Assembly: GCA_951406725.2 (NCBI GenBank)
Contig: OX597828.1
Span: 33,356,001-33,420,000, forward strand
Direction: 5' to 3'
Source: Octopus vulgaris
Taxonomy: Eukaryota
Length of the DNA stretch: 64,000 nt
Made by a program: the position numbers and the translations under genes. The notes under the pieces are model-generated. The model did not search any database. It had not been told where the DNA came from and saw only the letters and a program-made list of their open reading frames with translations. Positions 1-15,689 of the stretch are shown here, one piece after another; within the stretch, counting starts at the first letter, position 1; every line of letters starts with the position of its first letter.

Positions 1-2355
<2,355 letters not shown>

Positions 2356-2776
2356 TATAGGTGTTATATTCGCCGATAATTTCTTACACAAGATCTTCTT
2401 TTTCGCTTCTTTTTTTTATTTCCTTCTCTTTCTAATTTTCCTTCTTTCTTTCCCTCTCGTCTTCTACTCGTCTTCTACATCTTCGCCATCATCATATCTT
2501 CATCATCATATCTTCATCATCATCATCATTACTTCTCTATTCTCTATTTTTCTCTCTCTTTCCTCTTTCAATCTTCCGTGTGAAATTTCTCTTCTGCCAG
2601 GAGATGTTAACGACAGTACACGTGAGCAAGGAATTAATAGCGTCATATTTATATATTTACAATGAAATAACTCATTTCATAAAGTGCTAACAGCTCGGGT
2701 CGTGTCAATATGGTTGAAAAGGCGGGATATAACTGAAATGGATTTGCTTTGTTTCTCATGTCGCCCACGACGTCTC

Positions 2777-2831
<55 letters not shown>

Positions 2832-2932
2832 TTCTTTCTTTCTAACACCTCTCTCTCTCTCTCTCTGTCTCTCTCCCCGTTATCATTCTCTAATCCTAAA
2901 TGTGTTTACTTACGTCCATCTATTGTTCTGAA

Positions 2933-3355
2933 TTACTCTTTTACTCTCTTTTACTATTTTACTTGTTTCAGTCATTTGACTGCGGCCATGCTGGAGCACC
3001 ACCTTTTAGTCGAGCAACTAGACCCCCGGGACTTATTCTTTGTAAGCCCAGTACTTATTCTATCGGTTTCTTTTGCCGAACCGCTAAGTGACGGGGACGC
3101 AAACACACCAGCATCGGTTGTCAAGCAATGCTAGGAGGACAAACACAGACACACAAACACACACACACATACATATATATATACATATATACGAAAGGCT
3201 TCTTTAAGTTTCCGTCTACCAAATCCACTCACAATGCATTGGTCGGCCCGGGGCTATAGCAGAAGACACTTGCCCAAGATGCTACGCAGTGGGATTGAAC
3301 CCTGAACCATGTGGTTGGTTAGCAAGCTACTTACCACACATCCACTCCTGCGCCT
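2933..3355 (-). mobile_element. tRNA-derived SINE family B (CORE-like, probably octopus OR-type), full length
   Basis: Reverse complement starts AGGCGCAGGAGTGG...GTGGTAAGTAGC with a B-box-like GGTTCAATCCC and a CORE-like CTTGGGCAAGTGTCTT. It has an internal (TA)/(TG) tract and an (AAAAGAGT)n tail, and is near-identical to 6409-6826. Confidence 0.85.
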
Positions 3356-3659
3356 ATTCCTAATATCCTTCATGAATCGATTTAGATTTTTTTTTTTTTT
3401 GGCTCAGTGGCTTTTCCTCCAGTTCTTTTCGCTCTGAGTTCAGTTCCCACCGAGCACAACTTTGTCTTTCATCCTCTCGCTGTCGATAAAGTGTCCCCTC
3501 CCTTCCTTCAGAATTGTTGGCCCTTGAACCCAGCAACGGGCCGGTGTCCCTTAATCGGGACACCGGTTGTGATCTCAGTCACTTAAATGAAATGGAAACC
3601 GAGTAACCTTAAGAGACCTGAGCTGTGTATATATATATATGTGTGTGTGTGAACGTGTG

Positions 3660-3702
<43 letters not shown>

Positions 3703-3786
3703 CATGAATATATACGTATATATGCATCATACCAATCGTGTGTGTGTACATATGCAAAAGCAGATAGACGTAAATATATATATACA

Positions 3787-4181
3787 CTAGCAGTATCGCC
3801 CGGCGTTGCTCGGGTTTGTAAGGGAAATAACTATATAAGCATTTTTAGAGAGTTATAGCCAAAAAATAGCAAAAAAATGCATTAAAAATTGAAAAAAAAT
3901 TAAGGTAAATTTTTTCTAAATCGTTGACACATCGTAGATATTTTTAGAGAGTTACTTCCCTTATATAAAAGCGAAAAAAATGCATTAAAATGGAAAAATA
4001 TGATGGTAATTTTTTTTTAAATCGTAGACTCATCGTAGACGCACGCTAATACCCAGAAGGGCTCGATATGAATCACGACTATAAGATACCCGCTTTTGGT
4101 TAAACTGCACCGCAAAATGTGGGAGTAGTTAGGAATCTAAATCGAAGGGGACAGACACACAACTTCACTCTTATATAAAGA
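3787..4181 (-). mobile_element. Non-autonomous Helitron
   Basis: On the minus strand: A|TCTTTATATAAG 5' end, subterminal hairpin CCCGAGCAACGCCGGG, then CTAG|T 3' end. Insertion is between A and T with no TSD. The 3' ~120 bp is shared with 58516-58900. Confidence 0.85.
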
Positions 4182-4184
4182 TGC

Positions 4185-4511
4185 TTTTTTTTTTCAGTCA
4201 TAGAGTTAGATTTATGAAGGTCTTCAGTAGAAAATCCTTCGAATTCTGACTCGCTGCTTGATATAATGAAATTCGTATCCATTTTTTGTCAGAATTACAA
4301 ATTTTGAAAACACAATAGGAACAAATTTCGGAAAAAAATCTCCCATAATTCACGGAATTAAAATTACACTTCGATTTTTGTACAAAACTGTAGTTGAAGT
4401 GTTTACGAAGTATAATACGTGTTTTCACGAATGTACTAAAGAGATTTGCTCTGATATTCTCATTTAAATATGAATAGGTAAATTCGGGCGGCTTGGTAAC
4501 GAAAGGGTTAA
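4185..4511 (-). mobile_element. piggyBac-like 5' end fragment
   Basis: Minus strand begins TTAA|CCCTTTCGTTACC (TTAA at 4508-4511). A downstream ORF start MDTNFIISSSESEFEGFSTEDL resembles the acidic piggyBac transposase N-terminus. Truncated next to the Helitron. Confidence 0.6.
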
Positions 4512-5219
4512 ACGGATGCATACATTTATTAATCTCTTATTATAATAACTATATATAAGTGTCGTCTGTTTATACATAAACACTGTTTCATACTGCAATT
4601 ATATATACATATATCTATATATAATATTATATAATAAAATATATACAGAGTAAAATAAAAACCAATTTACCTTTTCTGTCCGTCCGTATGTCTTTGCAAA
4701 TGTGTTGGAATGATAAGTGAGTTGTGTTTTTATGGCGCCTTTTTTAATAACAAACACACACGTGTTTGTATGTAGTTGTATGTGTATGTAGTTGTATGTA
4801 GTTGTATATGTATGTGTATGCGTGTGTGTGAGGAATGACACACACACACTCACGTACGCACACATGTACATCAATGCTTTCGGAGTGATATGTTAAAATA
4901 TTGAGTTTTCTCGAATTTTGTCTTAATTGTTGGTAAAATTGAAAGAAATTTTTTATGGCATCACCCAATGGAGTACTTTGAAAAATCTTAGGTAAATTCT
5001 AATTGAAGAAACTGTGTGAGGAGTAAATGGTTATGTATTTATTTGTTTCTGTTTGCTGTGTTTTTTTATTTTTTGAGTAGTGGTTTAAATACTTTCAGTT
5101 TAGTCTTCCTCAAATCACTCTGTCGCTATTTACTTTCATTTTATTCGTTGCACACTGTGTGTGTGCGTTTGCGTGTAGTGTAAACCAGACTAAGAAAAGC
5201 ATTTGACACACACACCAGA

Positions 5220-5401
5220 ATGTGAGTTTTCTGTAAATTTTGCTTAATTGGAGTTTAAATTTTAAAAACTGGACCTGGCATGACGGGATGCATTGTACTC
5301 TTAAAAATGCTAGGTAAATTGTAATTGAAGAAATCCTATATTGTAGATTTGTATAACTCCCAAAGGGAGGCAGATAAAATCTGCCTTTTATAATTAGAGA
5401 T
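5220..5401 (-). mobile_element. Probable Helitron 5' end fragment
   Basis: Minus strand begins A|TCTCTAATTATAAAAGGCAGATTTTATCTGCCT (TC start plus hairpin). A diverged internal repeat is shared with ~4900-5015. No 3' CTAG end found. Confidence 0.35.
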
Positions 5402-5490
5402 ACACATATTTCTGTATACATACACACACACATATATAGATGCGTTTGTATATAAACGCATTTGTTTTTTAATATGCAACCATCAATAAA

Positions 5491-5738
5491 GGTGGGGAGA
5501 TGGTAGAATCGTTAGCATGCCGGACAAGGTGTTTCGTAGCACTTTGTCCGGCATGCAAAATTTTTAGTAGCATTTTGTCCGTCTTTACGAATTGAAATCA
5601 GGTACTGTCGAGATCGACTTTGTCTCTCATCCTTTTGGGGCCTATAAAATACGTACCGTTTGAACACTGGAGTCGCTATAATCGACTAAAACCCTTACCC
5701 GTAGTTGCTGGCTTTGTACCAAAAATTGAAATCAATAT
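5491..5738 (+). mobile_element. tRNA-derived SINE family A, diverged
   Basis: GGTGGGGAGATGGTAGAATCGTTAGCA head and a GATCGACTTTGTCTCTCATCCTTTTGGGG central motif matching other family A copies. Confidence 0.7.
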
Positions 5739-5750
5739 TTAGCTTCCAAT

Positions 5751-6231
5751 AAAAGCGGCGAGCGACCCGAATCGTTAGCATGCCGGTCAAAACGTTTAGC
5801 GGCATTTCGTCCGCCGGTACCTTCTGAGTTCAAGTGCCGTCGAGTTTAACTTTTTTGTCTTTCGTACTTCCGTGGTCTATAAAATAAGTACCAGTTGAGT
5901 ACTGCAGCTGATGTAATCCACTTAACCCTCCCCGGAAATTAACCGCCAAGTGGCACTGACTGAGCAAACCTGTCATCAGAATATAAACATATAAAAGCGG
6001 TGAACGACCTTAATCGTTAGAACGCCGGACAAAACGTTTAGCGGCATTTCGTCCGCCGGTACGTTCTGAGTTCATGTGCCGTCGAGATTAACTTTTGTCT
6101 TTCGTACTTCCGTGGTCTATAAAATAAGTATCAGTTGAGTACTGCAGCTGATGTAATCCACTTAACCCTCCCCGGAAATTAACCGCCAAGTGGCACTGAC
6201 TGAGCAAACCTGTCATCAGAATATAAACATA
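5751..6231 (+). repeat. Tandem duplication (2 x ~240 bp) of a family A SINE plus unique flank
   Basis: AACCGCCAAGTGGCACTGACTGAGCAAACCTGTCATCAGAATATAAACAT occurs at 5941 and 6181, each preceded by a SINE A copy. Confidence 0.9.
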
Positions 6232-6408
6232 TGATAACCTCCTTCATATTCCTACTAAACTCTTGTAAACGAATATTTTTACTCACCTTCTGCTTCCGAT
6301 TAAACAAAATTCTAAAAGACATTTATTTCTCCGTGTTTAACTTACCCAGTATGTAATTATCAAACAGATATATTCTTTTCGTTTTGTTTTCCATCTGTTT
6401 TTTTTTTC

Positions 6409-6575
6409 CAGGAGTGGCTGTGTGGTAAGCAGCTTGCTAACCAACCACATGGTTCCGGGTTCAGTCCCACTGCGTGGCATCTTGGGCAAGTGTCTTCTGC
6501 TATAGCCCCGGGCCGACCAATGCCTTGTGAGTGGATTTGGTAGACGGAAACTGAAAGAAGCCTGTCGTATATATG

Positions 6576-6616
<41 letters not shown>

Positions 6617-6826
6617 TTGTGTGTCTGTGTTTGTCCCCCTAACATTGCTTGACAACCGATGCTGGTGTGTTTACGTCCCCGTCACTTAGCGGTTCGGCAA
6701 AAGAGACCGATAGAATAAGTACTGAGCTTACAAAGAATAAGTCCCGGGGTCGATTTGCTCGACTAAAGGCGGTGCTCTAGCATGGCCGCAGTCAAATGAC
6801 TGAAACAAATAAAAGAGTAAAAGAGT
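6409..6826 (+). mobile_element. tRNA-derived SINE family B (CORE-like), near full length
   Basis: CAGGAGTGGCTGTGTGGTAAG...GGGTTCAGTCCC...CTTGGGCAAGTG, internal (TA)/(TG) tract, and TAAAAGAGTAAAAGAGT tail. Confidence 0.88.
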
Positions 6827-6829
6827 ATA

Positions 6830-7670
6830 CTGGCACGTCTAATCGCTTCGATGACAGTGTAGAAGTCACCCCTTCTTTTGCCCTTTGAGAGTAGACGATA
6901 TAAGATAATCTTACTTGAGCAAATAGTTTTCAATTCACTGCATAACATAGGTATGAACCTATTGCAAGAGTATTTAGTATAGAGAAAGCTTCCTTGAGGT
7001 ACATTCTCTCGTCCATTGTTGGCATTTCATCAACCTCAGTTCATCCTATACATCGTACATAAGTGGCACGTGAGCTACTACGAAGAGAAACAAACTCGAC
7101 TGAGTGAAGACGGCGAGCGGGCAGAAACGTTAGCACGCTGGGCGAAATGCTGAGCGATATTTCGTCTGCCGTTACGTTCTGTGTTCAAATTCCGCCGAGG
7201 TCGACATTGCCTTTCGTCCTTTCGGCGTCGATAAACTAAGTACCAGTTACGTACTGGTTCGTCGTAGTCGACTTAATCCCTTTGTCTGTCCTTGTTTGTC
7301 CCCTCTCTGCTTAGCCCCTTGTGGGCAACAAAGAAATAAGAAACTCGACTGACAGAGACGTGAAGGGCCATGGAATGATCTATGCAAGGAATATCATTGT
7401 GAGAGCATTTCCGAAATGAAATAATTCGGGCACGGTACGGAGTGAACGACGTGATCGCAAATACAGAAAGCACAAGTTCAGCCGGTCCGGGCAAGTCACA
7501 AGGTTCATTGGTTCATAGGTGGATCCATGCAGTTGCTGTGTGGTAACCAAGAGATCAGAAAAGGCCTCCACAGAGATGGAAAGATGGATTTGTTAACCGA
7601 TTTGGACCAAGATGGAAAAGAAAGGTGCAATCATAAATGACTTGAAAGAGTATCGTGATCAGTGGTCAGG
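6830..7670 (+). mobile_element. Decayed RTE-clade LINE ORF C-terminal fragment, interrupted by a SINE
   Basis: Manual translation gives GISL*EHFRNEIIRARYGVNDVI...HRWIHAVAVW*PRDQKRPPQRWKDGF, resembling the RTE post-RT domain. Contains stops and frameshifts. Confidence 0.55.
7104..7340 (+). mobile_element. tRNA-derived SINE family A with 12-bp target-site duplication
   Basis: Head GGCGAGCGGGCAGAAACGTTAGC, B box GTTCAAATTCC. TSD AAACTCGACTGA at 7092-7103 and 7341-7352. Confidence 0.9.
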
Positions 7671-9269
7671 GGTGAATCTGATACTGTGGTCTATAAAGTA
7701 ATAGGTGTGTTTGTAAGTCTGTAGGCGGAGGTGGATGTGAGCGTGTACGCGTGTGTATATTGGTCAGCCCTAATATTACCGAGTTGAATATACCACTTTA
7801 AGGTGTTCTAATAAGAACGAAAAACTCAGATTTGCCAATTTAAAAACCAGTTCATCTGCTTTTGTTTACAGTGTACCGAAATCTCGGTCAGTTGATCCTA
7901 TCGGAGTTCTCTTTTTGGGTAGCTGCCTCTAGATTTAAAAAGCACTTAGAGAAAGTTTTTATCCATTAATAGCTTCGATAATCTCAACTGATGGAAGTCT
8001 TTCAATTTATTATATTACATATAACACCTTATTGTGATCATTTACTTAGAATGAGGTTGATTCAATTGACTAGAGAATATTTGTTTATGGCGGAAGATAA
8101 AATCATAAACGACCACCGTGTAAACGAGTTTCTTGAGACTGCAAGACGTTTACATCGTTGGCTCATAGCCTATAGCCATGCATGCAGTGTTTATACAGAG
8201 TAAGACTCAAAGTAATTTAAGTGTAGAGTGTCTTTTTCGCTAGCGGTTAATAATATTCAACTTTTTTCCATTTGGTATTGCTTGGAGAAAGACGCAGCAA
8301 TAATGATTATACCCGCTAACAGCTAGAAGATATGTGAGAGAGAAGCGGTGAGAAAGAATCGTATTGTCTCATTCATATTCCCACCCAGCACACTTCTTTG
8401 TTGCGAGATTATGTTATTGTTGTGTTACGAAAAGTAATGTTTCGTTCGGATTCATGAAAGTTTATGACAGCGAAATATATAATAAACATTATATGGAAAA
8501 ACGATTTTTATGGGATTCACTAATAGGTGAAAGAGAAGGATTAGGAATGAAGCATTTAGATACAAATACTAAATTACAATAGGTTGATGACGCTAGAGCG
8601 AGTCGATGCATAATTTGCACGCAGATGAGTGTGGTCTCGAAATCATAATATCAGAGTAGCAGTGGCCATAAATAGGAGCGGCAAAGAAGCGACGATAAAC
8701 GAGAAAACAGAACTGTTATTTAACAGTTGTTTACTATTAATGTCCGTAATAGTTGATAGGTTATAAACTGGAGGGTATTTAGCAAGATATGGTCAACGAA
8801 TGCAAATGTCTATTTAAATAATGCCTTAATCGATTTTCTACCTGTTTTGTTTGCTTTTCTTTGTTTCTTATACGTCCGTGCTTTATCATAAATATTGCGC
8901 AGCGCTCGTGTGTGATTGGAGAAAAAAAACGCATATATTCCCTGCACCAGATAATATAACAGGCCGACTACATAGAATAGAAATCGTCAAAGTTTCCAGT
9001 ATAGAATGACAACATTTCATATGGAGATTCTTAAATTTCCAATCTAAAGGTTTAGAGCCATAAATTCTGTTCGTGAATAGAGCAAAACAATGTCCATTAA
9101 ATGCATTCGCAACCAATTTACTGCCACTGAAACCGGAGCTTGGAAGAGAACAGCTTCGTTTACTAGGCACACTAAACTTACCAATCAAAAGTTTTGAACG
9201 CATGATTTTTTTTTTCACATTAATATTTATCTAAAAAAAATTATCGGAATCAGGCAAAGTTGTTACAGG

Positions 9270-9315
9270 TACATACATACATGCATACACACACACACAC
9301 ACACACACACACAAC

Positions 9316-9382
<67 letters not shown>

Positions 9383-9440
9383 GACAAAGAGACAGACAGA
9401 TACAGAGAGAGAGAGAGAAACAGACAGACAGACACAGATG

Positions 9441-9516
<76 letters not shown>

Positions 9517-9665
9517 CAGATTGACAGACAGACAGACAAATAGATAGACACACAGACAGACACACACACACAGATACAGACAGGTAGATAGACAGAGAGA
9601 GATATAGATAGAGAGAGAGAAAGAGAGAGAGGTGCAGACAGACAGACTCAGGCAGACACAGATGC

Positions 9666-9727
<62 letters not shown>

Positions 9728-9728
9728 T
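9270..9728. repeat. Compound (CA)n/(GATA)n/(GACA)n microsatellite
   Basis: Visible tandem arrays. A similar array occurs at 10535-10800. Confidence 0.95.
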
Positions 9729-9740
9729 AATGTAAGCCTT

Positions 9741-10160
9741 CTCTTCATGGCTTGGCTTCGCAAGGTGTTTGATGTCCAAACAGTCCAATTCAAGACAAAC
9801 AGAGGCGACTGCAGAGACTGCATGTGAAGGTAGGCTGATCAGGGCTTAGCGTGCTGTCCTGGTTTTTCCCTCCATTTTGTTCTGTATGCGAATAGGGTGA
9901 TGCCGGTGAGTTCAAAGAAAGTTGTTGCTGGATGAACTGTGAGATGTCAGGCTTAACGGTTAGGGACAAGAGCAGAACACTGGTGGCGATCAGTGTGACA
10001 GGCATAGAGGGATTTCTCTAGGGATTCCTTGTACTTCTTTGGTGCACCTCTGTCACGGTGGCCAGAGGAGAGTTCGCCATATAGGGTGGTCTTGGAAAGT
10101 GGATAGTCTTCCGTCCTGGTGACGTACTCTGACCAGCGCGGACGGGGGGCTTCAGCGTAG
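9741..10160 (-). mobile_element. RTE-clade LINE 3' end fragment
   Basis: RWSEYVTRTEDYPLSKTTLYGELSSGHRDRGAPKKYKESL plus frameshifted [14 protein letters not shown] (C-terminal Cys motif), then a short 3' UTR running into a GATA array. Confidence 0.8.
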
Positions 10161-10534
10161 TTGTTTCGATGCTGGTGACCTTCACCTGCTTTTTGAGTTT
10201 TAATAGAGTTAAAAATCGGATATGCATTTTGCACTACGAAAATATTATGTGATATAGCGCACAATATACGATACATCGCGTAGAATGGATAGTTATGTTT
10301 GTTATATAAAATGTTGACAGTCAAGTCTGAAATTCGCCCTTGGCTGTTCATGAACCACTGCGCGCACGCACGCACACAGCACACTCACATACATACACAC
10401 ATACGCAATCACACGGAACTTTCATGATGCAATCCCATGGTCATTCATGACCGATGGGGTTCTTTACCCTTTACCCTGCTGCTGGTCCATTCAAGCCCTT
10501 AATGTCAGCTTTCTACAGGTGTAGAAAGATCATA

Positions 10535-10800
<266 letters not shown>

Positions 10801-11932
10801 GACATTCAGGCGACTGATGTGAGGTAGGTTTTATTGAGCGTCGGAAACTTATGGTTAGGTTTTAGCTATTTCACAGTTCCTTCAAGCGCTACATTGATAT
10901 AGGTGAGGCGGGTTTGTGGTGTATCGAAGCACAGGTCAGCGATTGGTCAAACTCATTGGTGTAAGTTAAAGGGTTGCCATTAAGCATACGTTCTACTGAG
11001 TAAGCATTTGGTCTTAAATACTGACCTTTTTATATTCATTAGGATTAATATTTCATATCAGTATAGATTTAATGTTGATATAAATTATTCATCATTAACT
11101 GATTAATACATTTGCATACATTTGCATATATTCGCGCAGCTACACATTTTATACACGTTATACAAGTTTACCATACAAGTATCATTTGAGTCACATAGAC
11201 ATTTGATCCTCAGTATACAAAAGTATAATCTAACATACACATAGACCTACGTTTAATGTGCACACAGAGGGCTGGCCTTAGGAGGTGCGGGGCTCAAATG
11301 GGTGTGGTAACGGGGGATTTGCGTGGGTTCACCCTACCCCACCCCTCCGATTTCCATGAAAAAAATTACTTGTGGTATATTAGGAGATTAGATTAGTTGA
11401 TAGCACAAGAAAAAACAGCGAACAAAAATGCATTATTTCCCACCAAAATTGAGTTGAGTGTTAAACTATAAATTTACCAAAAATTTTCACCATCACTAAG
11501 CAAAACTACATTTAAACTAAATTTTAAAAAAAATATTCCGGCAGAAATTGGAAAGAAATTTAACAAGATCCCCCCCCCCAAAAAAAATTTTATCTGCTAC
11601 ATGGTGTTACGTTAAAAAAGATATATATAAAAAAACAAATTAATAAGTAGAATTTTTTGGAAGCTGGTTATATTTTTTCCATAACCTCTATAGTAGAAAG
11701 CACAGTCCTATGACCCTGTTTTGGGTTTAGCACCACTGTGTGACACCAAATGTCTCCTACTATAGTCTCGTGGTGGTGGTGGGGGGCGTGTATGTGTATG
11801 CGGGTTTGTGTGTGTGTGTGTGCGTATTTGTGCTTGTCCAGAAACCTGAATGGGAGTCGTTGCAAACAGATTTTCTCTTTTAAAGAAAAGACAAGAACTT
11901 TTATTTCACCACCCAACTCCCCCTCCTCTTTA

Positions 11933-11989
<57 letters not shown>

Positions 11990-12155
11990 TTCGATATACA
12001 AAGACTTCAACCAAACAACTATGAAAAACACTTGAACTTTTCACCTTTGTTTAACCGTGTCTCTTTGACGGAAATTCCTGTGCCTTACCTACTGAGCTCA
12101 CATTTAGCCTTTTGCTTTTGTCGTTTTTGTTTTACTTTTTGTGTTCTTTAATATA

Positions 12156-12541
12156 CAGGAGTGGCTGTGTCGTAAGTAGCTTTCTTACCAACAACATGGT
12201 TCCGGGTTCAGTCCTACTGCGTGGCACCTTGGGCAGGTGTCTTCTACTATAGCCTCGGGCCGACTCAAGCCTTGTGAGTGGATTTGGTAGACGGAAACTG
12301 AAAAAAGCCCGTTGTGTATATATATGTATATGTTTGTATGCCTGTGTCCCCCACCATCAATTGACAACCGATTTGGGGGTGTTTACGTCCCCTTAACCTA
12401 ACGGTTCGGCAAAACACACCGGTAGAATAAGTACTAAACTTACAAAGAATAAGTCCTGGAATCGATATGTTTGACTAAAGGTATTGCTCCAGCATGGCCG
12501 TAGTCAAATGACTGAAACAAATAAAAGAAAGAATAAAAGAA
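12156..12541 (+). mobile_element. tRNA-derived SINE family B
   Basis: Same head, CORE-like segment and tail as 6409-6826. Confidence 0.85.
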
Positions 12542-12558
12542 TATATATGTGTGTATTT

Positions 12559-12600
<42 letters not shown>

Positions 12601-12654
12601 ACATATACAGAGAGAGAGTGTGAGGCGAGAGAGATAGATAGATACATACATATA

Positions 12655-12704
<50 letters not shown>

Positions 12705-12758
12705 TATATGTATGTATCTATCTATCTCTCTCGCCTCTCACTCTCTCTCTGTATATGT

Positions 12759-12789
<31 letters not shown>

Positions 12790-12823
12790 ATAAAATACAC
12801 ACATATATATTCTTTTATTCTTT

Positions 12824-12827
<4 letters not shown>
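12524..12827. repeat. Near-perfect palindrome centred on a (TA)n tract
   Basis: 12524-~12660 is the reverse complement of ~12700-12827, with one substitution noticed. Confidence 0.9.
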
Positions 12828-12869
<42 letters not shown>

Positions 12870-12902
12870 GTACACATGTATGCATGTGTGTATGTATGTA
12901 TG

Positions 12903-12967
<65 letters not shown>

Positions 12968-13012
12968 GTTTTATATATATATAAGTTTTAAAAAAACTTT
13001 TTAAAACATAAA

Positions 13013-13053
13013 TATTCTTGACAAGTCATACAATGACGAAAACCGGTTGAATA
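13013..13053 (+). ncRNA. Minimal type I hammerhead ribozyme-like motif, U3-A8 variant
   Basis: TATTC-TTGACAA-GTCA(TACAA)TGAC-GAAA-ACCGG-TT-GAATA. Stems I and II are perfect, stem III is palindromic with one extra A. Confidence 0.6.
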
Positions 13054-13189
13054 AATATATATTTATATATTTTATCAATTTCTCATTTTATTAAAATTTT
13101 CTTTCATTTGAGCATTCTGCATTTAAAAAAAAATTTTTCCTTACCTATATATATATATAGAAATATATATACAAAAATATATAATGTTG

Positions 13190-13560
13190 TTGTTGGCATT
13201 CTTTTGTGTCGAGAGACAATGGAGTTGTGCATAGAACAAATCCAGTCTGGTTTTTATTTTGCGCACGCCAGAGCTAGGTGCAGGGACATCTTGGGCAGCC
13301 CAATCGTCAGGATTCCTCTCTTGACTTTGCTGACGTAGTCCAAGGGGTGCAGAGCATTACGTTTGACACCAGCTTGGTTGCAGGACCAACCGGAAGAGTT
13401 TCGAGTCGAACACTAAATCGCCTATGGAGCTCCACTCTGGGTTTCTTTGAAGGTTGTCTTCTTTCTGTAAATCTGGATAGGGGCCCATACCGAGTACTGT
13501 CAGCCGGAGCCAGCTGAGCCCGGGACTTGTGTCAGGCAGAGTCGCCATTCCCTGAAGTAG
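13190..13560. mobile_element. Probable RTE-associated retroelement 5' UTR or SINE fragment
   Basis: GC-richer island (TGTCGAGAGACAATGGAG...CACCAGCTTGGTTGCAGG) resembling RTE/BovB-type leader sequence from memory. Not verified. Confidence 0.35.
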
Positions 13561-13590
13561 TTAAGAAAATCGCTACCCACTGCCTATGCA

Positions 13591-13647
<57 letters not shown>

Positions 13648-13948
13648 ATTGATTGATTGATTGATTCAATGTTCACTATATACACTATATGTTCACTATA
13701 TACACACACAACTCAACCAATGCGTGCTTTCATATAAATGTCAATAAAATAAACAGAGATATAGGCATCCACAAAGACAGATATATATACAAACGTAGGT
13801 GTACACACATGCACATATATTTTTGTATACAAATACATATATACTTATATGCGTGATTGTGTATGTGTGTGTGAATATATGTGCCTGTACGTGACAATGT
13901 GTTTGTGCATATGCTCACATGTGTGTACATAGGATAACTGTGTTTTGT

Positions 13949-13988
<40 letters not shown>

Positions 13989-14055
13989 ACATCTGTACGT
14001 TAGATTTTTCTCTCATTCCCACACCGCCACATATGCGCGCAAGTTTGTGGGAAAG

Positions 14056-14102
<47 letters not shown>

Positions 14103-14659
14103 AAGGAAGAAAGGGCGAAAGACAGAGCGGGAGAATACTGATTCACATAAACAAGGTGTACGAGATAGCAATAAGAGAGAAAGGCTTCGTGTTTTTCGTT
14201 TAATAAGAGAGGATATTTATCTTGTCCTTTCCTCCAGTAAAAATGAATATTTATCTTTACTTCCGAAGATGTCTGGCGCTCGCCTTGTGTTGCAATTCTA
14301 TCAATGAATTTGCAGCATGAACGAATTAGAAGAATTATGCCATTGAAATTGTCAATGAAGAGAAAGTTGATGCTTAATCCTTGATAACGATTTGCGATTT
14401 CCAAAACACACGCTATGTGTAGATAACAGGCGGCTTCATAGTCATTTTTCAAAACTAACTTCTCGAATCTTATTCCATTATTTTCAGTAACGTAAAGCTC
14501 CCAATATCGTTTCATATAACTTATAATAGTTTATTTCTAATAGTGGTACACAGAAATATCGAGAAAACTGTTATTGTGAATACACTTGGTTCTATTAGGC
14601 AACTGGCATATTTCAAAACCTGGATGAATGAAATATCAATCAATAAAGAAGGAGTTTAA

Positions 14660-14865
14660 GATGGCGAGCTGGCAGAGTCGTTAGAACGCCGAGTAAAATC
14701 ATTAGTGGCATTTTGTCCGTCTTTAAGATTAGTGTTCAATTTCCACCGAGATCATGCTTTTGGGGTCGATAAAATAAGTACCAACTGAACACAGGGGTCG
14801 ATGTAATCGTCTTGTCCCTTTCAACCCAAATTGCTGGCCCTGTTTCAAAACCTGAAGCCAATATA
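14660..14865 (+). mobile_element. tRNA-derived SINE family A, diverged
   Basis: GGCGAGCTGGCAGAGTCGTTAG head and GGGGTCGATAAAATAAGTACCA motif. Confidence 0.8.
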
Positions 14866-15128
14866 GAGAGAGTTTGAAATGGTAACGTAAAGGGAAATAA
14901 ATGACCGCTTTATATAGCCTCTCCTATGACGTTATAAAACTAAAAGGCTCTTCTTTATGTAGTTGTTCCTTTATGTATCTGTTACAATTAGTCATAATTT
15001 TTTTCTCAAATCACATCCTTCAAATAATATGGATGGATTGGATAACATTTATTCTAATGAGTCATGTCTTTTTAAAGAGTATGTAATGGTTCTTTGTGGA
15101 TCCATACAGTCGCTTATTTGAGAACTGA

Positions 15129-15495
15129 GAGGCGCAATGGCCCAGTGGTTAGGGCAGCGGACTCGTGGTCGTAGGATCGCGGTTTCGATTCCCAGACCGA
15201 GCGTTGTGAGTGTTCATTGAGCGAAAACACCTAAAGCTCCATGGTGGTGATCCCTGCTGTACTCTTTCACCACAACTTTCACTCACTCTTACTTCCTGTT
15301 TCTGTTGTACCTGTATTTCAAAGGGCCGGCCTTGTCACTCTCTGTGTCACGCTGAATATCCCTGAGAACTACGTTAAGGGTACACGTGTCTGTGGAATGC
15401 TCAGCCACTTACACGTTAATTTGACGAGCAGGCTGTTCCGTTGATCGGATCAACCGGAACCCTCGTCGTCGTAACCGACGGAGTGCTTCCATCCA
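15129..15495 (+). mobile_element. tRNA-derived SINE family C with ~10-bp TSD
   Basis: A box TGGCCCAGTGG, B-box-like GTTTCGATTCC, (TCCA) tail. TSD TGAGAACTGA (15119-15128) versus TGAGAGCTGA (15496-15505). Confidence 0.85.
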
Positions 15496-15689
15496 TGAGA
15501 GCTGAACGAGTTCGTGTGACGCTCCTTTCAGTAACGAAAATATTTTCGAAGCACGTCAGATAAAGTTTACTGGGAGTTTTTCATAAGCTAATTTCTCTGG
15601 CAGTGCAGCTTTCCCTCTATAGAACTTACTTCTCAGATTATAAGCAATGTTCCTCTTTGATTTCCATCTATCCATATTCTCCGTCCATT

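Noticed and set aside
11265-11670. Possible hAT-type MITE starting CAGAGGGCTGGCCTTAGG
   Set aside because: No matching opposite TIR or 8-bp TSD found.
15131-15200. Possible tRNA gene
   Set aside because: It continues into a SINE body with tail and TSD, and no complete acceptor stem is evident. Treated as a SINE head, as are the other A/B-box heads.
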